Below the pieces are notes generated by a model. That model saw only the letters and a list, made by a program, of their open reading frames with translations, was not told the DNA's origin and did no database searches. DNA of 64,000 bases from Minisyncoccota bacterium (GTDB taxonomy: Bacteria > Verrucomicrobiota > Verrucomicrobiia > Limisphaerales > UBA8199), in the NCBI GenBank assembly GCA_035452965.1, contig DAOTCE010000004.1, forward strand, positions 192,666 to 256,665, read 5' to 3'. The position numbers were made by a program, and so were the translations under genes. Positions within the stretch are counted from its first letter, which is position 1. Every line of letters begins with the position of its first letter. This document shows, in pieces, positions 8,847 through 18,152 of this stretch.

Positions 8847-10070
8847 TTAAGTGCCCAACAGTTGCTGCACGGAAATCCCCCGCAGTTCGAACAACCGGCG
8901 GATGGCGTCTTCGATAAGGTTGTTCGGACACGAGGCGCCGGCGGTGATGCCGACAGTGACCGGGCCCTTGGGAAGCCAGTCGCGGGTCTCGACCTCCTCG
9001 TGGCGCTGCTGGTTGTAATGGACGATCAGCTTGTCTGACTTCATCTTGGCGGCGTTCTTGACGAAATAGGTGGGGAGCTTGGCTTCGCCCATCTCCGCCA
9101 GGTGTGAAGTGTTCGAGGAGTTGTAGCCGCCGATCACGAGCAGCAGGTCGAGAGGCTCCTGCAAGAGGTTCTCCAGCGCGTCCTGCCGATCCTGCGTGGC
9201 GCCGCAGATCGTATCGAAGAAACGGAAGTGGCGGTCAATCTCCGCCTCGCCATACCTCTGCACCATGGCACGGCGCAGACGGCGCTGCACTTCCTCAGTC
9301 TCGCCGCGGAGCATGGTCGTCTGATTGGCGACCCCGATCGCGTTAAGATGGAGCTCGGGGTCAAAGCCGTCCGAGTAGGCCCCCTTGAACTTCTCCAGGA
9401 AGGCGGCTTTGTCGCCCCCGTTCACGATGTAGTCACAAACGCAATCGGTCTCGGCCAGAGTGAACACGACCAGGTAATGCCCGCCGCCGCTGGCCATCGC
9501 CTGAGAGCTGGTCGCCTTGGTTTCCTCGTGCCACGCCTTGCCGTGGATAATGCTGGTGACTTTGTCCTGGGAGTACTGCCGGACCCGCTTCCAGACACTC
9601 ATCACGTCCCCGCATGTCGTATCCACAAACCGGCAGCCTTTGGCCTCGAGCTGGCGGCGCATTGAGACTTCGGTGCCGAAGGCCGGGATGATGACAATAT
9701 CGTCCTTCTTCAGGTCCCCGATGTCGGCATCCTTCTCCTTGCCGGAGAGGGACTTGATGCCCATGGCGCGGATCTGGTCGTTGACCTCGGGGTTGTGGAT
9801 GATCTCGCCGAGGATGTAAATGGGCTGGTCCGGGAAGACCTTGCGCGCCGCGTACGCCAGGTCAATGGCCCGCTCGACGCCGTAGCAAAAGCCGAATTCC
9901 TTGGCCAGTTTGACGGTCAGGTCGCCCGCCGAAAGCATACGCCCACCCCTGCGAATGCGCTCGACCAGGTCGCTGCGATAATGCGACAGGACCTGCGCCT
10001 GCACTTCGGCCATGACATCAGGACGGCGAAGGTTGATCTTTTGCGCCGCCAGGAGCGCTTGGGTTGACAT
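8847..10070 (-). CDS. ispH: 4-hydroxy-3-methylbut-2-enyl diphosphate reductase, long (cyanobacterial/plant-like) form
   Basis: The three cluster cysteines are in context: GFCYGVERAI, DTTCGDV and DTICGATQDRQ. HNPEVN is present. 407 aa with an N-terminal extension. Confidence 0.92.
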   Translation of the reverse strand: MSTQALLAAQKINLRRPDVMAEVQAQVLSHYRSDLVERIRRGGRMLSAGDLTVKLAKEFGFCYGVERAIDLAYAARKVFPDQPIYILGEIIHNPEVNDQIRAMGIKSLSGKEKDADIGDLKKDDIVIIPAFGTEVSMRRQLEAKGCRFVDTTCGDVMSVWKRVRQYSQDKVTSIIHGKAWHEETKATSSQAMASGGGHYLVVFTLAETDCVCDYIVNGGDKAAFLEKFKGAYSDGFDPELHLNAIGVANQTTMLRGETEEVQRRLRRAMVQRYGEAEIDRHFRFFDTICGATQDRQDALENLLQEPLDLLLVIGGYNSSNTSHLAEMGEAKLPTYFVKNAAKMKSDKLIVHYNQQRHEEVETRDWLPKGPVTVGITAGASCPNNLIEDAIRRLFELRGISVQQLLGT

Positions 10071-10211
10071 GCTACAACCAGTGTACCACCAACCCGCGCG
10101 CCGTCCAGCCCAATCCCGGCGGCGGCCCGTTTGTCCTCTCGGTCGTGGGTTCCAGCAAATCGTTGTGTCCTTGGCGGCGGTTTGCGACTAGATTCACCAC
10201 ACAAAGAAACT

Positions 10212-10505
10212 ATGCGCCCACAAACTGTGCTCTGGATTTACATCGTGCTGCTCGTCATTGGCGGACTTATTGGCTTTCTCAAAGCCAGGAGCAAAGTCTC
10301 TTTGATCATGTCGGTCGCCTTTGCGGCCGCGCTCAGCCTCTGTGCGGCGGACGTCATCTTCCAACCCTATGTCGCCGACATACTGCTGGCTGCGCTGCTG
10401 GTGGTGTTCGGCCTGCGACTGGTGAAGATGCGGAAGTTTATGCCGGCAGGGCTGATGCTGGTGGTAACAGTCCTCGCGCTGGTGTTGCGCCATCTCCGCT
10501 ACTGA
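10212..10505 (+). CDS. TMEM14/UPF0136-family small membrane protein (97 aa)
   Basis: GGLIGFLKARSKVSLIMS matches the GGxxGYxKxGSxxSL signature. I moved the start to the ATG at 10212, inside the track ORF 10131..10505. Confidence 0.7.
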   Translation: MRPQTVLWIYIVLLVIGGLIGFLKARSKVSLIMSVAFAAALSLCAADVIFQPYVADILLAALLVVFGLRLVKMRKFMPAGLMLVVTVLALVLRHLRY

Positions 10506-10525
10506 CTGCATTTCGCCTGCGAAAT

Positions 10526-13222
10526 GTGAATCCGGCGTCGCTCCCCATTTGGCAGATCCATTCGGCCGTTGTCGAGACCCTGCGGCTGGGCAATCGGCTG
10601 GTGTTGGTGGCGCCGACTGGCTCCGGCAAGACCACCCAGGTCCCGCAGATGCTGCTCGATGCCGGGCTGGCCGGGCAGCGGAAGATTGTTGTGCTCCAGC
10701 CCCGCCGCGTGGCGGCGCGTACGGTGGCCGCCCGCGTCGCCTGGGAGCGTGGCGCCAGGCTCGGTGGGGAAGTCGGCTACCAGATTCGCTTTGACGACCA
10801 GACCAGCCTCGGCACCCGCATCAGCTACGTGACCGAAGGAATCCTGCTGCGATGGCTGCAGGACGACCGCGTATTGTCCGAAGTCGGGGTAGTGATCTTC
10901 GACGAGTTCCATGAGCGCAACCTGCTGAGCGATGTTGCGCTCGCGCTGGTGAAGCAGTTGCAGCGAACTGCGCGTCCCGATTTGAAGGTGGCGGTTATGT
11001 CCGCCACGCTCGAAGCGGAGCCGGTGGCGGAGTATCTGAGCGGGGGCATGGAGGAAACGCCTGTCCTGTATTCCGAGGGGCAGAGCTTCCCGGTAGAGGT
11101 GCGCTATTTGAACCAGCACGACGAACGGCCCGCCTCGGAGCAAGCCGCCGATGTGGTAGAGCAGATTGTCAACGCCGGCGAGCCGGGCGACATCCTGGTC
11201 TTCATGCCGGGCATGGGCGAAATCAACGCTACCATCGCGGCAGCCCGAGCCAGCCGCACCCGGGAGCGCCTTGCGCTGATTCCCCTGCATGGCGACTTGC
11301 CGCCGGAACAGCAGGACCTTGCCTTCGCGCCCAACGCATTGCGCAAAGTGGTGGTGGCCACGAACGTCGCGGAGACGTCAGTCACCATCGAAGGCATTCG
11401 CCACGTGGTGGACAGCGGGCTGGCCCGCGTCGCGCGTTATGACGCCGAACGCGGCATTGGCACACTGTTCATCGAGCCTATCAGCCGGGCATCCGCCGAG
11501 CAGCGCAAAGGGCGCGCCGGACGCACCGCTCCGGGCACCTGCCACCGGCTCTGGACCGAAAGCGGGCAGTTAAACCGGGCGGAGCGAAACACGCCGGAAA
11601 TCCAGCGGAGCGACCTGGCCGAGGTAGTCTTGCTGTTGCATTCCCTGGGCATCAAGCGCGCCGCGGAGTTCGATTGGCTGGACAAACCGGACGCCCAGGC
11701 AGTGGAGCGGGCGGAGCAGTTGTTGGTGACACTGGGGGCGCTACGGGATGACCAAGGCACGACAGACGATTCTCGCAACAGACCGCAGACGGGGGCGTTA
11801 ACCATCAACCACCGGCCGCCAATTGCCGCCGACCTGACGCCGGTTGGAAGGCAGATGCTCAAGCTGCCGATGCACCCGCGCTACTCGCGCATGCTGGTGG
11901 AGGCCGCCAAATTCGGCTGCGTGCCCTCGGCAGCGTTGTGCGCGGCGCTGGTCAGCGGGCGCGACATGCTGGTGCGGCCCGGCCGCAACGACAAGCACAT
12001 CCAGGAGGCACGCGAACTGTTCGAGGCAAGCCGGGAATCGGATTTCCACACCCTGCTGCGCGCCTACCACTTCGCGAAGAAGAACAACTTCAGCATCGAG
12101 ACCTGCCGCCGCTACGGCATCCACGCTCAGACGGCGCGGCAGGTGGAGCAGGCCTTCGAGCAGATTCTGCAGATCGCAAACCAGCAGGGTCTGTTGCGCA
12201 GCGAGGGCGAAAGCCCCCTGAAGGAGGATGACGCCGGGGCGCGACACGCAGGACGTGACGCGGCGCCGGCAGATCCCCTGCCGCGCTGCATCATGGCGGG
12301 GTTCATTGACCAGATCTGCCTCCGGCATGACCAGGGAACACTGGACTGCGACCTGACCGAGGGACGGCATGGCACGTTGATGCGGGAAAGCGTGGTGCAA
12401 AACGCGCCGCTGTTTGTGGCAGCGACCATTCGCGAGGTGACCGGGCGCGGTTCGGAGAACCTGACGCTGCTGGGACTGGCTACCGCCGTGAAACGCGAGT
12501 GGATTGAGGAGACCTTCCCGGAGCAAATCACAGTTAAGGTGGAGCACCTCTATGACCGCACCCACAAGCGCGTTGCCGCCGTCAAACTGGTGCGCTTTCG
12601 CGATCTGGTCATCCACCACGAGCACCAGCGGGACGTGGACCCGAGGGCTTCCGGCCGATGCCTGGCCGAGGCATCGCGAAAGGGCTGGTTCGAGCTGCCG
12701 ATGTTCAATCACGAAACCAAGCAGCTCATCGGCAGGGTCAACCTCGTGACGGCCGCCATGCCGGAGTTGGAGTTTCCGCCCTTCGACGAGGCGGCCATTA
12801 CAAACTGTCTGGCGCGCGCGTTTGAAGGTCTGACCCTGGCCAAAGAGGCGCAAGCCACGGCGCTGCGCGACGCCTTTCGCCAGGCCCTGGCCAATGAACA
12901 GCTCGGTTGGCTTGATGAACTCACCCCAACGAGCCTCGCCTGGCCGGATGGCCGGAAGATGAAGCTGCTGTATTCCGAGCGCGCGCGGGATGAGGATGCT
13001 CAGCCGAATGCTCCGGAACTGCAGGTGAAACTACACGAATGTTTCGCGCTCAAGGCCCATCCGCATGTCTGCGAAGGCCGCTTGCCGGTGAAGCTGTGGC
13101 TCTGTGCGCCCGACGGCAAACGGCTGGAAGCAACGTTCAACTGGACGGCGTTCCGGTTAAACACCTACCCGAAGCTCAAGCCCGCTCTCCAGAAGAAGTA
13201 CCCCGGCGTGCCCTGGCCCTGA
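10526..13222 (+). CDS. hrpB: ATP-dependent DEAH-box RNA helicase HrpB
   Basis: APTGSGKTTQVPQ, DEFHER, SATL and QRKGRAGR motifs. The track ORF begins at 10064 but overlaps the TMEM14 gene. The first plausible in-frame start after 10505 is the GTG at 10526, just before ..PASLPIWQI. Confidence 0.88.
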   Translation: MNPASLPIWQIHSAVVETLRLGNRLVLVAPTGSGKTTQVPQMLLDAGLAGQRKIVVLQPRRVAARTVAARVAWERGARLGGEVGYQIRFDDQTSLGTRISYVTEGILLRWLQDDRVLSEVGVVIFDEFHERNLLSDVALALVKQLQRTARPDLKVAVMSATLEAEPVAEYLSGGMEETPVLYSEGQSFPVEVRYLNQHDERPASEQAADVVEQIVNAGEPGDILVFMPGMGEINATIAAARASRTRERLALIPLHGDLPPEQQDLAFAPNALRKVVVATNVAETSVTIEGIRHVVDSGLARVARYDAERGIGTLFIEPISRASAEQRKGRAGRTAPGTCHRLWTESGQLNRAERNTPEIQRSDLAEVVLLLHSLGIKRAAEFDWLDKPDAQAVERAEQLLVTLGALRDDQGTTDDSRNRPQTGALTINHRPPIAADLTPVGRQMLKLPMHPRYSRMLVEAAKFGCVPSAALCAALVSGRDMLVRPGRNDKHIQEARELFEASRESDFHTLLRAYHFAKKNNFSIETCRRYGIHAQTARQVEQAFEQILQIANQQGLLRSEGESPLKEDDAGARHAGRDAAPADPLPRCIMAGFIDQICLRHDQGTLDCDLTEGRHGTLMRESVVQNAPLFVAATIREVTGRGSENLTLLGLATAVKREWIEETFPEQITVKVEHLYDRTHKRVAAVKLVRFRDLVIHHEHQRDVDPRASGRCLAEASRKGWFELPMFNHETKQLIGRVNLVTAAMPELEFPPFDEAAITNCLARAFEGLTLAKEAQATALRDAFRQALANEQLGWLDELTPTSLAWPDGRKMKLLYSERARDEDAQPNAPELQVKLHECFALKAHPHVCEGRLPVKLWLCAPDGKRLEATFNWTAFRLNTYPKLKPALQKKYPGVPWP

Positions 13223-14146
13223 CTATTCCTGCCTTGACCGCGAATTGCCGCGGGCCATCAAGTCATCCACCAACCTGGATAGCTCAACCAAGTACTCGTC
13301 CCCGCGCGGATGATGGGTGAGCGCCACAAGGATGTAGTGTCGGCCGGGGCCGGTAATTACCGCCGAGTCGTGAAACCAGTCTTTCCACGTGCCCCACTTC
13401 CGGATGATTTGCACGTCACGCCCGGCCAGGCCCTTCACAAACTTGATGTCGTCGTGCGGGATGTCCGGGGAGGCGAAGATATCGCGCATGGCTTGTGAGG
13501 CTTCGGGGGAGACAAGCTTGCCCTGTTCGAGCAGCAGGTAGTACCGCAACAACTGGCGCACAGTGGCCGCGTGCGAATGATCGCCGAGCGGATCGCCAAT
13601 GCGTTCGCCGCCGCCGCCGTAGTGCCGGCCCACCCAAATTCCCCCGCCGTGGTTGGTGTCATAGAAGTGGTACGAGTTGAGCACTTCCTGAATCTGCCGC
13701 AGCCCCAGTTCGCGCGAGAACTTCGCCGCCATTTCATTGCTGGAGGCCTTGGCCATCAGCCCCAGATCATGCCGTGTTTGCGGATCGAGGCGAGCCGCCG
13801 CCTCCGGACGCAGTTGGAAGTACGCCAGCAGAATACCCACTTTCGCCACACTGGCCGCGTAGTCAATCCGGTCGGGATGAACCATCGCCAGCCGCAGACG
13901 CTTCAAATCCAGCACTCCCACTGCCGCCTGCTCCGTCGTCATTTCCAATTGGCCGCGCAACCGGGCGTCAATCGCTTCAAGCTCGCCCTGCAACGTCGGG
14001 TCTGTCGGGGTGTCGTAGTCCAGCGTGTAGGTCTTGAGCGAAGGCGTCTCCCGCACGCTGGCCGATTCGCAAGCCGGCAAGCACAGCACGATCGTTAACA
14101 ACAGCCAATTACGAATTGGAGTCCTGCTCATGGTTGCGCGACACAT
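13223..14146 (-). CDS. class A beta-lactamase-related serine hydrolase, lipoprotein
   Basis: SxxK (SVAK), SxN (SSN) and a KxG variant (KWG). Lipobox LCLPAC. An alternative start (MSRTP) lies at 14131. Confidence 0.75.
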   Translation of the reverse strand: MCRATMSRTPIRNWLLLTIVLCLPACESASVRETPSLKTYTLDYDTPTDPTLQGELEAIDARLRGQLEMTTEQAAVGVLDLKRLRLAMVHPDRIDYAASVAKVGILLAYFQLRPEAAARLDPQTRHDLGLMAKASSNEMAAKFSRELGLRQIQEVLNSYHFYDTNHGGGIWVGRHYGGGGERIGDPLGDHSHAATVRQLLRYYLLLEQGKLVSPEASQAMRDIFASPDIPHDDIKFVKGLAGRDVQIIRKWGTWKDWFHDSAVITGPGRHYILVALTHHPRGDEYLVELSRLVDDLMARGNSRSRQE

Positions 14147-14196
14147 AGCGGCCCGGCGGCTGGGGCCGGATTTGGGGGCTCGAACTTCGGACGGCG

Positions 14197-14817
14197 CTAG
14201 CGCACATCCTCGCCCAGCTCGACGTTCCAGTACGCCAGGTCAATGAAGTGCTTCCAGCTATCGTGCTGGTGGAGCGTGAAGTTAATCTGAACGAAGGGCC
14301 GCCATTTCGGCCGCTTGGGCTTGCGAATGAGGCGCATGCCGGCCTCCTGCGGCGAACGGTTCGCCTTGAGCGTATTGCACTCGATACACGAACATACGAT
14401 GTTCTCCCACGACGTCGGGCCGCCGCGGTCACGCGGAATCACGTGGTCCAGGTTCAAGTCCTTGCGGTCGCAGGTCTTGCCGCAGTACTGGCACGTGTTC
14501 TGATCCCGCTCGAAAATATTGTGCCGGGTGAATTTGACCTCCTTCTTGGGCAGGCGGTCATAGACGATCAGCAGAATCACGCGCGGCACCCGGATGCGGA
14601 AGGAAATTGTGCAGACCGATTCCGGGTGCGGCTCCTGCACAGAGAGGTGGTGCCACTCGGTAAAATTGAAGGTCTGGAAGGAACCGTCGCTGCGGTTGAG
14701 CACAGCCTGTGCGTGGCCCTGAAACAGGAGTGTCAGCGCCCGGCGCGCCGTGCAGATATTCACCGCCTGCCAGAGTCGGTTAAGCACCAGCACATGTTGG
14801 TTGAGCACAGAACCCAT
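14197..14817 (-). CDS. HNH endonuclease-domain protein
   Basis: CQYCG..DHVIPRDRGGPTSWENIVCSCIECNTLKANR (HNH plus zinc-finger cysteines). Confidence 0.85.
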   Translation of the reverse strand: MGSVLNQHVLVLNRLWQAVNICTARRALTLLFQGHAQAVLNRSDGSFQTFNFTEWHHLSVQEPHPESVCTISFRIRVPRVILLIVYDRLPKKEVKFTRHNIFERDQNTCQYCGKTCDRKDLNLDHVIPRDRGGPTSWENIVCSCIECNTLKANRSPQEAGMRLIRKPKRPKWRPFVQINFTLHQHDSWKHFIDLAYWNVELGEDVR

Positions 14818-14835
14818 AACTGATCCAACTCGGCC

Positions 14836-14864
14836 AAACTACACAAACCGCTAATTCATGTCAA
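14836..14864 (-). promoter_or_regulatory. candidate sigma70-type promoter of the HNH gene
   Basis: The reverse strand reads TTGACA-N17-TAGTTT, ending 18 nt upstream of the ATG at 14817. Consensus matching only. Confidence 0.35.
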
Positions 14865-15027
14865 CGCAGGCTCTGGCCCGGCCCAATGCGGCCTAGAAAC
14901 AGGGTCTTGATTGGGACCTGAAGGGACCTTGGTCCAAGGCTCAACTCCGGGAGCACAAGCGTCCCCCTGGAGTCTGACTTGGGGAATGTCCCGAGAAGTC
15001 CGGGATTGTGATGATGTGGACTCTTAA

Positions 15028-16245
15028 CTACCCCAGGAAGGCGGCGTGCACTGCCTTCATCGCGTGCTCCGCTTTGGCGAGGTCAACCACCACGGAGATC
15101 TTTATTTCGCTGGTGGAAATCATGTCAATGTTAACCCCTTCGCGTGCCAGCGTATCGAACATCCTGCCGGCAACACCGGTGTGGCTCTTCATGCCCACAC
15201 CGACAATAGACAGCTTGCCGATCTTGTCCGTGGCGATGACCTTGCCGAAGCCAATCTCCGCCTGGAGCCCGTCAATGACCTTCTGGGCCTTGAGCAGATC
15301 GGGCTTGTCCACAGTGAATGAAAGGTCGGTGGCCAGGGCACCGCTGCCGTGGCTGATGTTCTGCACGATCATGTCCACGTTCACATTTGCGTCGCCGATG
15401 GCCTTGAAAATGCGGGCGGCCACGCCGGGTTTGTCGGGCACGGCCACCAGCGTGACCTTGGCCTGGTTCTTGTCGAGCGAGACGCCGCGCACGACGACGT
15501 CTTCCATGTTCCTGGTTTCCTCTTTCACAATGGTTCCTGGATTTTCGTTAAGGCTGGATCGGACTTCGAAGATAACGCCGAACTTCTTGGCGAATTCGAC
15601 TGAGCGGGACTGCATGACTTTCGCCCCGAGGCTGGCCAGTTCGAGCATCTCGTCGTAGGAGATCTCTTCCATCTTCCGGGCGGCGGGCACGATGCGCGGA
15701 TCGGCGGTATAGACCCCATCCACGTCCGTGTAAATCTGGCACAGATTGGCCTTGAGCGCCGCGGCCAGGGCGATGGCCGTCAGGTCTGAACCGCCGCGGC
15801 CCAGGGTGGTGACCTGACCCTCGGTGGTTTGGCCCTGGAAGCCCGCGACAATGACCACATTGCCCTGGTTCAGCAGATCGTGGATTTTCTTCGGCGTGAT
15901 GTTCTGGATGCGGGCTTTGGTATGCACGCCGTCGGTGACAATGCCCGCCTGCGCGCCCGTGAGCGACACGGCAGGGAGCCCAAGCCCGTGCAGCGCAATG
16001 GCCGTCAAGGCAATGGTCGTCTGCTCACCCGTCGCGAGGAGCACGTCCATTTCGCGGTCGTTGGGCAAGGGCATGATTTCCCTGGCCAGCTTGATCAAAT
16101 TATCCGTGACGCCGCTCATCGCGGAGACCACGACCACGACCTGGTCGCCTTTGGCGCGGTACTTGGCCACGCGGGCGGCGACGTTCTTGATCCGATCGGT
16201 GGTGCCGACCGAGCTGCCACCGTACTTTTGGACGATCAGCGCCAT
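15028..16245 (-). CDS. lysC: aspartate kinase (two ACT domains)
   Basis: MALIVQKYGGSSV.., GGSDLTA and a C-terminal ACT pair. Starts 4 nt after the hom stop. Confidence 0.93.
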   Translation of the reverse strand: MALIVQKYGGSSVGTTDRIKNVAARVAKYRAKGDQVVVVVSAMSGVTDNLIKLAREIMPLPNDREMDVLLATGEQTTIALTAIALHGLGLPAVSLTGAQAGIVTDGVHTKARIQNITPKKIHDLLNQGNVVIVAGFQGQTTEGQVTTLGRGGSDLTAIALAAALKANLCQIYTDVDGVYTADPRIVPAARKMEEISYDEMLELASLGAKVMQSRSVEFAKKFGVIFEVRSSLNENPGTIVKEETRNMEDVVVRGVSLDKNQAKVTLVAVPDKPGVAARIFKAIGDANVNVDMIVQNISHGSGALATDLSFTVDKPDLLKAQKVIDGLQAEIGFGKVIATDKIGKLSIVGVGMKSHTGVAGRMFDTLAREGVNIDMISTSEIKISVVVDLAKAEHAMKAVHAAFLG

Positions 16246-16249
16246 AGGC

Positions 16250-17578
16250 TCAGAAGTCTTCCACCCGGATCATCACGGGCGGGTTCCTGACCACGGCCAG
16301 CCTGCCGATCTTCTTCAGCGCGCGGGTCACCGCCCCATTGGGCGCGTCGTGCAGCATAAGGATCAGCGGCACGCTCGCCCCCTCACGGCTTTCGGGCTGG
16401 ATCACGGACGAGATGCCGATGTGGGCCCGGCCAAAGATGGCCGAGATTTGGGCCAGCACGCCGGGCCTGTCCACGACGGCAAGCCGCACGAAGTAGCGGG
16501 AGACGACTTCGGCAATCGGCACCACCGCGCCGTCGCGCTCGTGCGGGACGAACGGCGGGACGCGGTGCTGGGTGCCAAACTTCAAATCCAGCGCGGCGTC
16601 CGCCACATCGCTGAGCACGGCGCTGGCGGTGGCGTCTTTGCCCGCGCCGCGGCCATAGAACAGCGTGTCACCGACCACGTCCCCGCGCACGAATACCGCG
16701 TTGAAGACATGGTTCACCCCCGCCAACACGTGCGTGTTGGGCACCAGCGTCGGATACACCGATACCTGGACGCGTGCCGAACCGGCCCGCCCGCTGCTTT
16801 GCGATCGACCCTCGACCTTCTTGATAATCCCCAGCAGTTTGATGGTGTAGCCGAGTTGGTTGGCAAACTGGATATCCGCGCGCGTAATCGCACGGATGCC
16901 CTCGACGCAAATCCTGTTGGGCTTCACCCAGAATCCGTGCGCCAATGAGGCCAGGATGCCGATCTTGTGTTGGGCGTCGTAGCCGTCAATGTCGAGCGAC
17001 GGCTCTGCCTCGGCGTAGCCCTGCGCCTGCGCGTCCTTGAGCACGGCGTCGAAGTCGGCGCCTTCGAGCTTCATGCGGGTCAGGATGTAATTGCAGGTGC
17101 CGTTGACGATGCCATAGAGGTGAGTGATGCGGTTGCCGACAAAGCCTTCGCGCAGCGCCTTAATGATCGGAATGCCTCCACAGACGCTGGCTTCGTAGTA
17201 AAGATTGGCGCCGTATCGCCGCGCCGCGGCGAACAACTCCTCCCCATGCTCGGAGAGAAGGGCCTTGTTGGCGGTGACCACCGGCTTGCCGAGCTTCAAG
17301 GCTGTCAGGATCATCGTGCGGGCGATGGTGGTGCCCCCGACCAGCTCCGCCACGAGATTGACCTGCGGGTCGTTGACGACGCTCTGCCAGTCCGTGCTCA
17401 TGGCGGACTTTGGAATCCGGTATGGGCGCGGTTCGTCAAAGGCTTTGACGGCAACTTTGCGGACATTGACCTTCACGCCAATGCGCGAAGCCATGAGGTC
17501 TCCATTGAGCTGGAGGGCGTGAAAAACGCCGCTGCCCACGGTGCCGCCGCCGATCATTCCCAAGTTTACGTGCTGCAT
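16250..17578 (-). CDS. hom: homoserine dehydrogenase
   Basis: NLGMIGGGTVGSGV Rossmann motif, a homoserine dehydrogenase catalytic core and a C-terminal ACT domain. Confidence 0.92.
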   Translation of the reverse strand: MQHVNLGMIGGGTVGSGVFHALQLNGDLMASRIGVKVNVRKVAVKAFDEPRPYRIPKSAMSTDWQSVVNDPQVNLVAELVGGTTIARTMILTALKLGKPVVTANKALLSEHGEELFAAARRYGANLYYEASVCGGIPIIKALREGFVGNRITHLYGIVNGTCNYILTRMKLEGADFDAVLKDAQAQGYAEAEPSLDIDGYDAQHKIGILASLAHGFWVKPNRICVEGIRAITRADIQFANQLGYTIKLLGIIKKVEGRSQSSGRAGSARVQVSVYPTLVPNTHVLAGVNHVFNAVFVRGDVVGDTLFYGRGAGKDATASAVLSDVADAALDLKFGTQHRVPPFVPHERDGAVVPIAEVVSRYFVRLAVVDRPGVLAQISAIFGRAHIGISSVIQPESREGASVPLILMLHDAPNGAVTRALKKIGRLAVVRNPPVMIRVEDF

Positions 17579-17834
17579 AAATTACCCGAACGAGCAGCTT
17601 GCCGGTATTTCGGCCCGCGGACAATGAATTTCTGGGGATGGCTAAGTCAGCAACAGGAAGCGCGGACCGCTCCCCTCGGGCTGTGACAGTTGCCTGACCA
17701 CCGTTGTCCAAGGTTCACAGGGAATCCGATTGCGAGTACCTGGCGGGATGCCTGGTCGCGCCTGCACCCGGCGCACTCTTTTAAGGGCAGCTGTCTTCTT
17801 GGCAGAAGGGCGCCCAGAGTCGGCAGAGGACCTT

Positions 17835-18152
17835 TTACGCTCCCGGAAGCAGCCCCACGTTTTTCAGATAATCGAAGGCGTAGATCCCCGTGGCGTGTCC
17901 ATCTGCCCAGACCGGTTGCACCGCGTAGGTTCCCACCCGTTCGAGCCGCACGAGTTTGAAGGATGCCGGCGACAGCGGATGATCCGGGCCTTTGTAAACA
18001 TTGCCCATCACATCCATCTCCCCCTTGCATCCGGCGCAAGGGCAGGCCCGGCGGAGTTTCTCCAAAGCGATAAAGCTCTCGCTGCCATCCTCCCATCTGA
18101 TAGCCAGTTCCTCGCCGATCTGTTCCACGTTCAACGGCCGCATACGCGTCAC
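17835..18152 (-). CDS. DUF971 (gamma-butyrobetaine hydroxylase N-terminal-like) protein
   Basis: LAIRWEDGSESFIALEKLRRACPCAGCKGE..Y is the typical DUF971 pattern. Confidence 0.8.
   Translation of the reverse strand: MTRMRPLNVEQIGEELAIRWEDGSESFIALEKLRRACPCAGCKGEMDVMGNVYKGPDHPLSPASFKLVRLERVGTYAVQPVWADGHATGIYAFDYLKNVGLLPGA

Noticed and set aside
14197-14817. The HNH endonuclease as part of a defence or restriction system, possibly together with the nearby HrpB helicase.
   Set aside because: No methyltransferase, specificity subunit, ATPase or other defence partner is adjacent. The neighbours are housekeeping genes (hom-lysC, a serine hydrolase), and hrpB is a conserved RNA helicase on the other strand.
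17579-17834. A riboswitch or attenuator in the 256-nt leader of hom-lysC (lysine, SAM or Thr-type).
   Set aside because: I could not find the conserved L-box or SAM core strings, a leader peptide rich in Thr/Ile/Lys codons, or a terminator/antiterminator pair. An Rfam scan would be needed to exclude it.
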